Positions 18,505 through 27,849 of a stretch of 54,138 bases of DNA are shown here, one piece after another (the stretch's first letter is position 1; the number at the start of each line of letters is the position of its first letter). Origin of the DNA: Vulcanimicrobiales bacterium. Lineage in GTDB: Bacteria > Vulcanimicrobiota > Vulcanimicrobiia > Vulcanimicrobiales > Vulcanimicrobiaceae. The stretch lies in contig JBBQQR010000013.1 in NCBI GenBank assembly GCA_038215615.1, positions 1 to 54,138 on the forward strand. The letters run 5' to 3'. The translations under genes were made by a program, and so were the position numbers. The notes under the pieces were generated by a model that was given only the letters and a program-made list of their open reading frames with translations, made no database searches and was not told where the DNA came from.

Positions 18505-20181
18505 ATGACAGCTGTAGCAGCGCACGCGGGCGGAGGACTGGCCGACCACGTTCATCCGGAGCCGCAAGGGTTCATCCGGAAGTACGTATTTTCGATCGAT
18601 CATAAGATCATCGGAATCCAGTACATGATCACGGCCTTCCTCTTCATGATTTTGGGCGGAATGCTGGCCGAGCTGATCCGCATCCAACTGATGAAGGCCA
18701 GCGGCGGGCTGATGACGCCCGACACGTACAACGAAGTCTACTCGGTTCACGGATCGACGATGGTATGGCTGGTGATCATTCCGCTGCTCACCGGCGGATT
18801 CGGCAACTTGATCTTTCCCGTGCAGATCGGCGCGCGTGATGTCGCCTTTCCTTGGCTGAACATGCTCAGCTTCTGGCTCTTCCCGCCGGCCGGCTTGATG
18901 CTCTACGCCTCGTTCTTAATGGGCGCGCCGACGGCCGGATGGACAGAATATCCCCCGATGTCGCTGCAAGGCGCTCCGGGAACGTCGATGTGGGCCGCGG
19001 CGATTTTCTTGATCGGCGTCAGCTCGACGATGACCGGCATAAACTTTTTGGTCACGATTCTGAAGATGCGCGCGCCCGGCATGACGTTCACGCGCATGCC
19101 GCTCTTCGTGTGGGGACAGTTCGTTACCGCGCCGCTGTTGATGATCGCCACGACGGCGCTGGGTGCGGCGCTGGCGGCGCTCTTCGTGCAGCGCGAGTTC
19201 GGCGTCGCCTTCTTCGATCCGACGCGCGGCGGCAGTCCGCTGCTTTGGCAACACATGTTCTGGTTCTACAGCCATCCCGCCGTCTACATTATGATCTTGC
19301 CGGCCTTCGGCATGATCTCCGAGATTCTCCCGACGTTCTCGCGCAAGCCAATCTTCGGTTACAAAATGATCGCGTTCTCGTCGTGCGCGATCGCGATTCT
19401 CGGATTCATGGTCTGGGCGCACCACATGTTCACGTCGGGCCTGGCCCCCGCATTGCAGCTGCCGTTCATGGTGCTCACGATGCTGATCGCGATTCCGACC
19501 GGCGTCAAGATATTTTCCTGGGTGACGACGTTGTGGGGCGGCGTCATTCACATGACGACCGCGATGCTCTTTGCGATCGGGTTCCTTGCGACGTTTACGC
19601 TGGGCGGGATTACCGGCGTCTTCTTGGCCGCGGTGCCGTTCGATCTGCACGCGCACGGCACGTACTTCATCGTCGCGCATTTGCACTACGTCCTGGTCGG
19701 CGGCAGTCTGATGGGCATTCTCGCCGGTCTGTTCTACTGGTATCCCAAGATGAGCGGCCGTCTGATGAACGAGAGGCTCGGCAAATGGGCGTTCTGGCTG
19801 TTCTTCATCGGTTTCAACGGCACGTTCTTGCCGATGCACTGGCTGGGCATGTGGGGCCAGCCGCGCCGCGTTGCCATGTACGATCCGCAGTTCCAAGCCT
19901 GGAACCAAGTCTGTTCGTATTTTTCGTTCGTGATGACCGCCGCGCTGATCCTGATTCTCGTCAACGCACTGTGGTCGATGCGTAACGGCAAACGATCGGG
20001 TCCCAATCCCTGGAACGCGCGCACGCTCGAGTGGCAGATTCCTTCGCCGATGCCGTACTACAACTTCAAACACGTGCCGTCGGTTTTTGCCGCGCCTTAC
20101 GACTTTGCCGAGCCGCTGCCGTATCGCGGTTTAGAGGAAGAACTGACGGGCGTGCCCCCGCCGGTTCCGGCGGCACACTGA
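18505..20181 (+). CDS. ctaD: Cytochrome c oxidase subunit I, A2 subtype
   Basis: DHKIIG, GWTEYPP, WFYSHPAVYI (YS motif diagnostic of A2), VWAHHMF, AHLHY, PRR. Confidence 0.97.
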   Translation: MTAVAAHAGGGLADHVHPEPQGFIRKYVFSIDHKIIGIQYMITAFLFMILGGMLAELIRIQLMKASGGLMTPDTYNEVYSVHGSTMVWLVIIPLLTGGFGNLIFPVQIGARDVAFPWLNMLSFWLFPPAGLMLYASFLMGAPTAGWTEYPPMSLQGAPGTSMWAAAIFLIGVSSTMTGINFLVTILKMRAPGMTFTRMPLFVWGQFVTAPLLMIATTALGAALAALFVQREFGVAFFDPTRGGSPLLWQHMFWFYSHPAVYIMILPAFGMISEILPTFSRKPIFGYKMIAFSSCAIAILGFMVWAHHMFTSGLAPALQLPFMVLTMLIAIPTGVKIFSWVTTLWGGVIHMTTAMLFAIGFLATFTLGGITGVFLAAVPFDLHAHGTYFIVAHLHYVLVGGSLMGILAGLFYWYPKMSGRLMNERLGKWAFWLFFIGFNGTFLPMHWLGMWGQPRRVAMYDPQFQAWNQVCSYFSFVMTAALILILVNALWSMRNGKRSGPNPWNARTLEWQIPSPMPYYNFKHVPSVFAAPYDFAEPLPYRGLEEELTGVPPPVPAAH

Positions 20182-20792
20182 TGGCCGTTGCAAGCGTAAC
20201 CCACGGCGGCTATGCCCCCGGGATGACTGAGGAGCCGGATCAGCTGTACGGCGAGACGCGCGAGCTGCGCATCCAAGGTTTTCTGCTTTTCATGGTCAGC
20301 GACTTGGTGCTGTTCTCGTCGTTCATCTTCGCCTATCTGTACCTGCGCAACAGCGGTCAAGGCTGGCCGGCGGGCGGGCCGAAGCTCGACATCGCGCTGG
20401 CTTCGGTGAACTCGATTGTCCTCTTCGGATCGGGCGCCACGATGCACTTTGCGCTCGAGAATTGGAAGCACCGCAATTTCACGAAGTTTGCAAACTGGAT
20501 CGTGATGACGATCATCCTGGGGGCAGGTTTCTTGAGCGGCCAGGTGCTCGAATACATGCACATCGGCGCGCGCTGGAGCAGCGGCATCTTCGGCGCATCG
20601 TTTTACACGCTGACCGGCATGCACGGCCTGCACGTCTTTGCGGGAATTATCTATCTGACGGTGCTGCTGCTGCAGGCGGCCCAAGGCAAATATACGTTCA
20701 CGAAGTACACCGGCTTGACGCTCGGAACGCTCTACTGGCATTTCGTCGACGTCATCTGGGTCGTGCTGTTCTCGATCTTCTATCTACTGTGA
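20181..20792 (+). CDS. ctaE: Cytochrome c oxidase subunit III (short form)
   Basis: FYTLTGMHGLHV and LYWHFVDVIW; TGATG coupling to ctaD. Confidence 0.93.
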   Translation: MAVASVTHGGYAPGMTEEPDQLYGETRELRIQGFLLFMVSDLVLFSSFIFAYLYLRNSGQGWPAGGPKLDIALASVNSIVLFGSGATMHFALENWKHRNFTKFANWIVMTIILGAGFLSGQVLEYMHIGARWSSGIFGASFYTLTGMHGLHVFAGIIYLTVLLLQAAQGKYTFTKYTGLTLGTLYWHFVDVIWVVLFSIFYLL

Positions 20793-20799
20793 GGCGTTG

Positions 20800-21012
20800 A
20801 TGGAAGCTACCGTCGCACACATCGAACGCATTTTAGCGATTCTCTTCGGCATCGTCGTCTTTTTCGTCGCGATCGTCGCGCTGAAAAACGACTGGAAGAG
20901 TCAAGGCATCGAAAACCAAGTTTTCAAGATCATGCTCGGCCTGCTCGCGCTCGGCGCGATTCTGGGGATCCTCGCCGCGCTGGGCGTGCTCATCGGAAAG
21001 GGAGTCGCGTAA
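20800..21012 (+). CDS. Small two-TM membrane protein in the oxidase operon
   Basis: About 70 aa with two hydrophobic helices, directly after ctaE, GAGG RBS. Confidence 0.75.
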   Translation: MEATVAHIERILAILFGIVVFFVAIVALKNDWKSQGIENQVFKIMLGLLALGAILGILAALGVLIGKGVA

Positions 21013-21200
21013 TGTACGATCCGTTAGACGAACGCGGCGTGCCCACGAGCCGCGGCATGCCGATGGTCGTGCGCATTGCAACGATCATCGGGATATTGTG
21101 CATTTTTGGAATCGGCGGCTCGGTCATCATGCTCGGCGGATACGGCCACTGGTGGCCCGATCAAAAAGCGATGCGGATCCCGCTCAGTACGCCGCACTAG
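21012..21200 (+). CDS. Small single-TM protein in the oxidase operon
   Basis: 62 aa with one TM helix; TAATG coupling and GGAG RBS. Confidence 0.7.
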   Translation: MYDPLDERGVPTSRGMPMVVRIATIIGILCIFGIGGSVIMLGGYGHWWPDQKAMRIPLSTPH

Positions 21201-21222
21201 GCCTTTCGGCCGCTGGCGGCGT

Positions 21223-21702
21223 CTAGCGCTGGTTTTGATCTCTCACGAATTCCCAAAAGCGGTCGTCGCGGTTAATCTTGCGGGTCCACATATATTGTGC
21301 GTAGGCCCAAGCGGGCAAGCCGAAAATCAACACCGCGAAGAACGCGTAGGGAATGCCCGCGGCGATCACGATTGGATTCAAACCGTCGAGCAGCGCTTTG
21401 GGCCCGTAGTGCATCATGTCCCAATTTCCGAACTTCGCGGCTAGGTAATTATGGGTGATGCTGGCGCGCACCAGTCCCATTCCGATATAGGTAGCGTACG
21501 CGAAAACTCCGGCTTCGAAAAGGAAGTTCATGAGTTCGTTCTTACGCAGCGCAAAGGCGAGTGCAGCGACGGCAGCCATCGAAACCGCCGGCGCGACGAG
21601 CGGGTGCCAGTCGGTCGCCTCGACCAACTGCGCGGCTCCGTAACCGATTGCAACGCCGAGCGGTACCAGCAGCAATAGCCGCATCCAAAGCACTCGGTCC
21701 AT
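21223..21702 (-). CDS. Hypothetical membrane protein (about 4 TM)
   Basis: Starts MDRVLWMRLLLL at an ATG overlapping the upstream stop (TAATG). Confidence 0.7.
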   Translation of the reverse strand: MDRVLWMRLLLLVPLGVAIGYGAAQLVEATDWHPLVAPAVSMAAVAALAFALRKNELMNFLFEAGVFAYATYIGMGLVRASITHNYLAAKFGNWDMMHYGPKALLDGLNPIVIAAGIPYAFFAVLIFGLPAWAYAQYMWTRKINRDDRFWEFVRDQNQR

Positions 21703-22277
21703 TACCGCCGCATTCTCTGCGAGATGCCGATCGCAAGCGGCGGAAGTTCGTCCGGTAAGACGCCGGTGGATTTTCCGTCCACTTTGTGAATGCCGCCGTA
21801 CTCCGAAAATTCGACGTGCGCGGGAATCGTCGCATTCGGAATGCGATGTTTGCCGAAGCATTCCCATTCGCAGCAGAGTTTTGAATTTTGGAATAAAACT
21901 GCGACGTAGCCCGAAGCCTGCGGTTCGGAGAAATCATCGGGTCCGCGGTACCGCACGTAGCCGTCGAGAATGTAGATCGGCTTGAACGTTTGCGCGTAGG
22001 CGATAAGCGGCGCTACGAGCAACGCGACCAGATAGATCGCAAACCCTACCGCCATAATGGCGAAGACCGGAGCGAGGATCCACAGGTCGTGCGGTTTGGC
22101 GACGCGCGCGCGCCAGACGATGCCCCACGTCATGAGCGCGAAGAACACCGTGCCGAGCAGCGGTTCGATCGCAATCGCGAATCGACCGGTCAGCCCGCGC
22201 CATACGATTTCGCGCTCGCGTTCGGTCCATGGCCTTCCGGCCAAATGCCGCCCGAGCCTTACCCCGGCAGCCTTCAT
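21702..22277 (-). CDS. Hypothetical membrane protein (2 TM plus beta-rich C-terminal domain)
   Basis: 191 aa ATG ORF, co-oriented with and closely spaced to its neighbours. Confidence 0.72.
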   Translation of the reverse strand: MKAAGVRLGRHLAGRPWTEREREIVWRGLTGRFAIAIEPLLGTVFFALMTWGIVWRARVAKPHDLWILAPVFAIMAVGFAIYLVALLVAPLIAYAQTFKPIYILDGYVRYRGPDDFSEPQASGYVAVLFQNSKLCCEWECFGKHRIPNATIPAHVEFSEYGGIHKVDGKSTGVLPDELPPLAIGISQRMRR

Positions 22278-22287
22278 CTCGAAGTGG

Positions 22288-23652
22288 TTAGTATTCCACG
22301 TGTGCTGCGACTTCGGCTCTTCGCGGCTGAAGAAAAAGCGAGAGAATCAGCGCCAGCAGCGCCAGCGCCGCGAACGTGAGATAGGTCCAGCGGTAAGACG
22401 AATCGTCCGAGACAGCAGCGGTCATAATACCGCCGGCAATCGAGCCGCCGAGGATCTGCCCGACGATGAGGAATTGGCTCAGCAGCCCGAGCGCGGTCGC
22501 GCGCGAACCGGCCGGCGCTTCATTGGTGACGATGTAGCGTGTCGGGGCGCCCAGCAGCGCGCCGAAGCCGGCTCCGGCGACGATCATTGCGAGCACCGCC
22601 AGCGCCAGCGAATGAAAGCCGAGCGCGAAGATGGCCAGCCCGAGCTCGGTGAAGAACGCTCCCGCGAGCAGCACGTTACGGCTGCCGATTCGATCGAGGG
22701 CGCGCCCCGAAAGCGGAATGACGACGACGAATGCGAGCGCACCGATCGCGGCGATGGCGCCGGCGCCCGCATACGAAAGATGTTCGGCGCCGACGAGGAC
22801 GACCGGTACGAAGAAGAGCGATCCTTCGAGCATGCCGATGATCAGCTCGAGAGTATACGTTTTCATCAGCTGAGGGTTGCGCAGCAGGCCGGGCGGCAGA
22901 ATCGGAAATTCAATCGCGCGCTGGCGCAGCCAAAAACCTGCCAGTAACAGTCCGCCGATGACGATCGGAACGGCGTGCGTTCCGGTGATCCCATACATGA
23001 GAAAGAGCAGTCCGGTTGCCAATAGCAGTAGCCCCAAGACGTCGAGGGGACCTTTGCGTTTGGGCGGAGCCTCGGAGGCCAGCTCGCGCAGCGCGAAGAC
23101 GATCACCGCGCCGCCGATCGCAAAATTCGGCACGAAGATCCAGCGCCACGAAACGAAGTGCGTGATCAAACCGCCGTAGAGCGGGCCGATAATGGCGGCC
23201 AACCCCCAGGTGGCCGCGATCAATCCGAGCGCCGCTCCGCGGCGCGCGCGCGGCACGCGGTCGCCGACGGCGGCGGTTGCTACGGGAAAAATTCCGCCTG
23301 CGCCGAGCGCCTGAATCGCACGGGCGATCAAAAACGCCGGGTAATCCTGCGCGACGATCGCAAGTGCGCTGCCCGCCAAGAAAATCAGAATGCAGAGAAT
23401 GTAGATTGGCTTGCGTCCGTAGCGGTCGGCGAGCGTGCTCATGACGGCGATGCTGACGACGTTCATCAACAGATAGAGCGTGAAGACCCACGACAAATCG
23501 CCGTTGGCCGCGTCGAATTCGTGTCCGAGCGCCGGCAGTGCCGGAGCGAGCACGCTGAGATCGAGCGCGCCGAGAAAAACGCCTAACCCTAGGGTGAGGA
23601 GCAGGGGAAGCGCGGCGCGCAGATCGGGATCGTTGCGCAGGTCCGCGTTCAC
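22288..23652 (-). CDS. MFS transporter, DHA2-like
   Basis: LADRYGRK motif [27 protein letters not shown]. Confidence 0.92.
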   Translation of the reverse strand: MNADLRNDPDLRAALPLLLTLGLGVFLGALDLSVLAPALPALGHEFDAANGDLSWVFTLYLLMNVVSIAVMSTLADRYGRKPIYILCILIFLAGSALAIVAQDYPAFLIARAIQALGAGGIFPVATAAVGDRVPRARRGAALGLIAATWGLAAIIGPLYGGLITHFVSWRWIFVPNFAIGGAVIVFALRELASEAPPKRKGPLDVLGLLLLATGLLFLMYGITGTHAVPIVIGGLLLAGFWLRQRAIEFPILPPGLLRNPQLMKTYTLELIIGMLEGSLFFVPVVLVGAEHLSYAGAGAIAAIGALAFVVVIPLSGRALDRIGSRNVLLAGAFFTELGLAIFALGFHSLALAVLAMIVAGAGFGALLGAPTRYIVTNEAPAGSRATALGLLSQFLIVGQILGGSIAGGIMTAAVSDDSSYRWTYLTFAALALLALILSLFLQPRRAEVAAHVEY

Positions 23653-24560
23653 AAAACGATCCGGTCGATCACCATGAAGGCGCAGATCAGTGCAAGATAG
23701 AGCAGCGAGAAACGGAAGAGCGTACGCGCCGCAGCTTCGCCGTCACGCTGCAGCCGTACCGCGTAGGTGACGAACGCCGCACCTAGCACCAGCGCGCCGG
23801 CAAAATAGATGGCGCCCATTACGTGCAGAGGGAAGAGGGCGAGCGTTACGGCGACGAGGGTCCACGTGTAGGTGAGAATGGCGCGCTTCGTGCGGCGTTC
23901 GCCCACCACGTTGGGAAGCATTGGAATCGCGGCTTTCGCGTAATCGTTTTCACTATTGAGCGCGAGCGCCCAAAAGTGCGGCGGCGTCCACAAGAAGATG
24001 ATCGCGAAGAGTCCGATTGCGGGGCCGCCGATCGCGTGCGTGACCGCCGCCCATCCGACGAGCGGCGGAATGGCGCCCGCGGCGCCGCCAATCACGATGT
24101 TCTGCGGCGTGCGCCGTTTGAGCCACATCGTATAGATGGCGACGTAAAACACGTTGCCGGCCAGCGAAAGCCAAGCCGCCAACGGATTGACGCGGAAATA
24201 GAAGATGCAGAACGAGAGCACGCCCATCACGACGGCGTGCGTCGTGGCGGCGAGAATAGAGATACGCTGCGCCGGAATCGGCCGCGACTGCGTGCGCCGC
24301 ATCAGCCGGTCGATGTCGGCGTCGTAGACGCAGTTGAGCGTTCCGGCCGACATTGCCGCCAGCGCGCCCCCCAGCATTGTCCATCCGAAGAGTGCGAGCG
24401 GCGGCATTCCTTTTGCAGCCATGAGCATGGCGGCGGCAGTCGTGATCAGCAGCAGATACATGATGCGCGGCTTGCCGAGGTCGTAATAATCGGACAAACG
24501 CGACGTGAAAGCGGCGATGCGCGACTGCGCGATGCGTTCGGCGCGAACGGAAACGTTCAT
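23649..24560 (-). CDS. ctaB: Protoheme IX farnesyltransferase (heme O synthase)
   Basis: [53 protein letters not shown]; start ATG at 24560. Confidence 0.95.
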   Translation of the reverse strand: MNVSVRAERIAQSRIAAFTSRLSDYYDLGKPRIMYLLLITTAAAMLMAAKGMPPLALFGWTMLGGALAAMSAGTLNCVYDADIDRLMRRTQSRPIPAQRISILAATTHAVVMGVLSFCIFYFRVNPLAAWLSLAGNVFYVAIYTMWLKRRTPQNIVIGGAAGAIPPLVGWAAVTHAIGGPAIGLFAIIFLWTPPHFWALALNSENDYAKAAIPMLPNVVGERRTKRAILTYTWTLVAVTLALFPLHVMGAIYFAGALVLGAAFVTYAVRLQRDGEAAARTLFRFSLLYLALICAFMVIDRIVL

Positions 24561-25456
24561 ACTGCCTGCACGGGTTCGCGCGCGGGTCCGGCATCGACGA
24601 CGGCTAGCGTCGTAGCGCACGTGAACGCGAGAAAGATCAGCGCGGCATTCGCCGCGTGAGCTTCCCGCAAATCGATTGGCAGCCGTAAAGCGACGTTGAG
24701 CAAGCCCAGTACGATTTGGACGAAGACCAGCGCCATTGCTAGGGTTGTCCACACTCGCACTCGCGCGCTCGCGCCCCGCATCCAGGCGAACGCGAATGCG
24801 ACGACCGCCGCCAGGAGCGAAGCCGCGGCCGCGGTGCGGTGCAGCATCTGCACGTACTGGCCGTTCCCGAAAACGACGACGTTGCCGGCGCAGCCCGGAA
24901 TCGTGACGCACGCCAAGCCGGCGCCACTGGAGCTGACGTATGCGCCGACGCACATCGTGATGAAAGCTACGGTTGAGGCAAACGCGAGCACGCCGGCCAC
25001 CGCCCAAGCGCTAGCATTGGGACGGTGCGAACGCCCGGGGCCTGCGAATATAGCGAGCGCCGCCAGCGACGCAATCAGCGCCATCGCTGTGCCCCAGTGC
25101 CAAACAACGGAGATCGGCGAATTCGAAAGCTTGACCGTTGCGGCGCCGAGAAACATTTGGAAAAGGAAGAGCACCCAGACGAAACCCGCGGCCAGGCGGA
25201 CGCCGGGCGCAGGGTTGCGCCCGTAAAACGCGCGCACGAGCGCCACCAAAACCAGCACCGCAAGCGCCAGCGCGGTGAACCGGTGCGTCCATTCCCAAAT
25301 CACCCCGCCGTCGAACGCCGGTACGATCCGGCCGCGGCAAAGCGGATAATCCGGACACGTCATTCCGGCGCCGTTGATGCGCGTCCAGCTTCCGAGCAGC
25401 ACTTCGCCAAAGGCGACCGCGACGGCGCACCAGCTCAGTCGCGCCAAGCTTATCAC
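24557..25456 (-). CDS. ctaA: Heme A synthase (CtaA/COX15)
   Basis: GMTCPDYPLC, EWTHR, VVWHWG, GLACVTIPGC, QMLHR, REAHAA. Confidence 0.92.
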   Translation of the reverse strand: MISLARLSWCAVAVAFGEVLLGSWTRINGAGMTCPDYPLCRGRIVPAFDGGVIWEWTHRFTALALAVLVLVALVRAFYGRNPAPGVRLAAGFVWVLFLFQMFLGAATVKLSNSPISVVWHWGTAMALIASLAALAIFAGPGRSHRPNASAWAVAGVLAFASTVAFITMCVGAYVSSSGAGLACVTIPGCAGNVVVFGNGQYVQMLHRTAAAASLLAAVVAFAFAWMRGASARVRVWTTLAMALVFVQIVLGLLNVALRLPIDLREAHAANAALIFLAFTCATTLAVVDAGPAREPVQAV

Positions 25457-25515
25457 AAGGCCTTCAGTTTATCCCCGGGGACGGGGACCCTACAACGACC
25501 AGTGTCGGTCGTGAA

Positions 25516-26310
25516 TCAGCAGCGGGCTAAGGCGGCCGTCACGTGCTGGGCGGCGCCGTTTTCATCCGACGTGATGTCCGGCAGGCGCGATTCGAAGTCT
25601 TTGGCCGCCGCCGTGGCTTCCTGAGTGGCGGTCGCCTGATTGATGTCGTGACCGAGCGGCGGGGGCCGCATGCCGGTCGACGGATCGATAGTGGCGCGGT
25701 TGCGGTCTACTCCCGGATTGGGCTTGGTATCGGCTACGGTCGAAATATACGGATCCGGAACGCCGAAGACCGCGCGGTTTGCTTGCTGCTGGCCTTCGGT
25801 GAACGTGGCCATGTCTTGGAAGTCTACCGAGGCAAGATAGCCGTTGAGATCGCGCGCAACTTTCTGCTGGCGCCACAACGCGCCCCCAAGTGCATCGGCA
25901 AATGCCGTCAGTTCTTTCTTCTCTTGGGGATCCGTGGATTTCTCCGCGAGTGCGCGCAAGCGTTTCACTTCGTCATCGGCCGAGCGCGATTGTTTCGTAA
26001 GGTTCTTTGCGAATTCACCGAGCGCGTCGAGTCCGTTGCGGCGGTGAATCGGATTTCCGTCGTCGAGGTTGACCGCGCGCAGCCGCGTGATCAGTTGCTG
26101 CAGCTGCACGTCGTTGTTGAGCGCGCTGCCGATCGCGCTGTTCGCGTGCGTGACGATCTCGGCACAACGCGAGGTCGATCGGACGTTGGCGATGACTTTG
26201 AGCGTGGGACCGGGCGAAGCCGAAACGACCGGCGGAGGAGCGGCAGCGAAACTCGCGCCGGGGCTCAAGAACGCGGCGGAAGCGGCGATGACGGCGAGTC
26301 TATATAGCAT
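25516..26310 (-). CDS. Secreted alpha-helical protein with an N-terminal TonB-box-like motif
   Basis: AGGAGAG RBS, signal peptide MLYRLAVIAASAAFLSPGASFA, Pro-rich linker, TLKVIANVRSTSR, then long amphipathic helices. Confidence 0.75.
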   Translation of the reverse strand: MLYRLAVIAASAAFLSPGASFAAAPPPVVSASPGPTLKVIANVRSTSRCAEIVTHANSAIGSALNNDVQLQQLITRLRAVNLDDGNPIHRRNGLDALGEFAKNLTKQSRSADDEVKRLRALAEKSTDPQEKKELTAFADALGGALWRQQKVARDLNGYLASVDFQDMATFTEGQQQANRAVFGVPDPYISTVADTKPNPGVDRNRATIDPSTGMRPPPLGHDINQATATQEATAAAKDFESRLPDITSDENGAAQHVTAALARC

Positions 26311-26377
26311 CGATAACCTCTCTCCTATAGAATGCACCCGCAGGGCGCCGCGTGACAATACCTCGAACGCCCTGCGC

Positions 26378-26809
26378 GTGAAGCGCCTCTGGGCTTTGGC
26401 CGCCCTTTTGGTCTTGGCCGGCTGCCGGGACGTGCGAGTCCAGACCCTTCGACAGGGCGAGACCGCGGTACTTGGCGGGAACGAACTGGTTGTCGTGCGC
26501 GATGCGCCCTCGCTCGATCGCCTGGGCATTCACGCGCCCGTGCGCTTCCGGTCAGAATTCGGCGTGGTGCTGCTGATGGGACCGCACGATCGTTCGGGCT
26601 ACAAACAGATTATCGAATCGATCCGCTCGCGCGCCGATCGTTTCCGCGTCGTCGCCTTCGAAGCGCCGCCCGCCGACGGCGGTCAGCCGTCGGGCCGATA
26701 CCGAACCTTTACGTTATGGATCGTTCCAAACTCGGCGTACCGGCGCGGTGTGCGGCTTGAAGTGGTGAATCCGGCCGGCGAACCGATTACATCGACGGAC
26801 CTGCCTTAA
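26378..26809 (+). CDS. Lipoprotein with PrcB C-terminal-like domain
   Basis: GTG start, KRLWALAALLVLAGC lipobox; LMGPHDRSGYKQIIESI...VVAFEAPP resembles the PrcB_C pattern. Confidence 0.65.
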   Translation: MKRLWALAALLVLAGCRDVRVQTLRQGETAVLGGNELVVVRDAPSLDRLGIHAPVRFRSEFGVVLLMGPHDRSGYKQIIESIRSRADRFRVVAFEAPPADGGQPSGRYRTFTLWIVPNSAYRRGVRLEVVNPAGEPITSTDLP

Positions 26810-26826
26810 ACGGCAAGGCAAGCGCA

Positions 26827-27849
26827 CTGCGTCCGACGCTTTCGCTCGATACACAGGTTCTTGCATCCAACGCCCAAGCGTGGCGAGAGTTTGCGGGCGT
26901 GCCTGTTCGCGCGGTCGTGAAATGCGACGGCTACGGTTGGGGCACCGGCGCGATCGTTCGCGCGCTTGAAGGAAAGGTGCAAAGTTACTGCGTCGCCGAT
27001 GCCGACGAATTGCGCGCGCTGCGCGCGCACACAGATGTTCCGGCGGTTGTCTTTGGAACCGTACCGCTGGTACGTTTCGGTGAAGTGCTTGACGCTGGCG
27101 GCCAGCCTTCGGTTTCCAACGCGCAAGAGCTCGCAGCTGCAGCGCAATGGTTTCGCGCGCATTCCAAACCGTTGCGCCTGCGCGTCGGCGTGCGAATGGC
27201 GGCTGCGTGGAGCGGGCTCGATCCGCAAGACGTCGCGCGCTTCGCTTCCGAATTGCACGCAGCGTCGGCCGACGTAGAAGCATGGACGCACCTCACCGAC
27301 GTGGATGACGCGCCACGGCAGTTGGGCATTTTCGAAAAAGCTTTGGGCGAGCTTTCGCGCGCCGGCGTGCGCGTCACGGATACCGATCTCTGCAGCACCT
27401 TTCCGCTGGCCCGCGGAATCCGCAAGGGCTCGTCGGTCCGGATCGGCGTCGGACTTTTCGGAGCCACCGGCGGAACCGTGGTTCCGGGAGTTGCGTGCGC
27501 GCTGCGATTTAGCGCTCCGGTTCTTCGCATCGAGCGACATTCGGCGGGGACACGGATAGGGTATGGGGGTACCATGCTCGAGATGGATAGCACGGTCGCT
27601 ATGCTCCGGTGCGGTTTCGGCGACGGATTGCCCGCGAGCATGGAGGGGAAAAATGGCGTGCTAATGGCCGGCATGCAGTACTCCGCCGTGCACGCCGACG
27701 CGCTCAATGCGGACGCGCGCGAACACGTTTGGCTCGATCGCGACGCCGATCTGGACGAGTTCGCGGGTGCCGCCGGACGGCCGGTCCACGAGATCGTCAC
27801 CGATCTCGGAAGCTGTGCCCGAGCGGCCTTGTCAGAAGAAACGGTGTGA
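26827..27849 (+). CDS. Alanine racemase family protein (divergent)
   Basis: RPTLSLDTQVLASN upstream of the ORF call, AVVKCDGYGWG (PLP Lys), VRIGVGLFG, IGYGG, GFGDG. Start inferred at CTG 26827. Confidence 0.8.
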   Translation: MRPTLSLDTQVLASNAQAWREFAGVPVRAVVKCDGYGWGTGAIVRALEGKVQSYCVADADELRALRAHTDVPAVVFGTVPLVRFGEVLDAGGQPSVSNAQELAAAAQWFRAHSKPLRLRVGVRMAAAWSGLDPQDVARFASELHAASADVEAWTHLTDVDDAPRQLGIFEKALGELSRAGVRVTDTDLCSTFPLARGIRKGSSVRIGVGLFGATGGTVVPGVACALRFSAPVLRIERHSAGTRIGYGGTMLEMDSTVAMLRCGFGDGLPASMEGKNGVLMAGMQYSAVHADALNADAREHVWLDRDADLDEFAGAAGRPVHEIVTDLGSCARAALSEETV

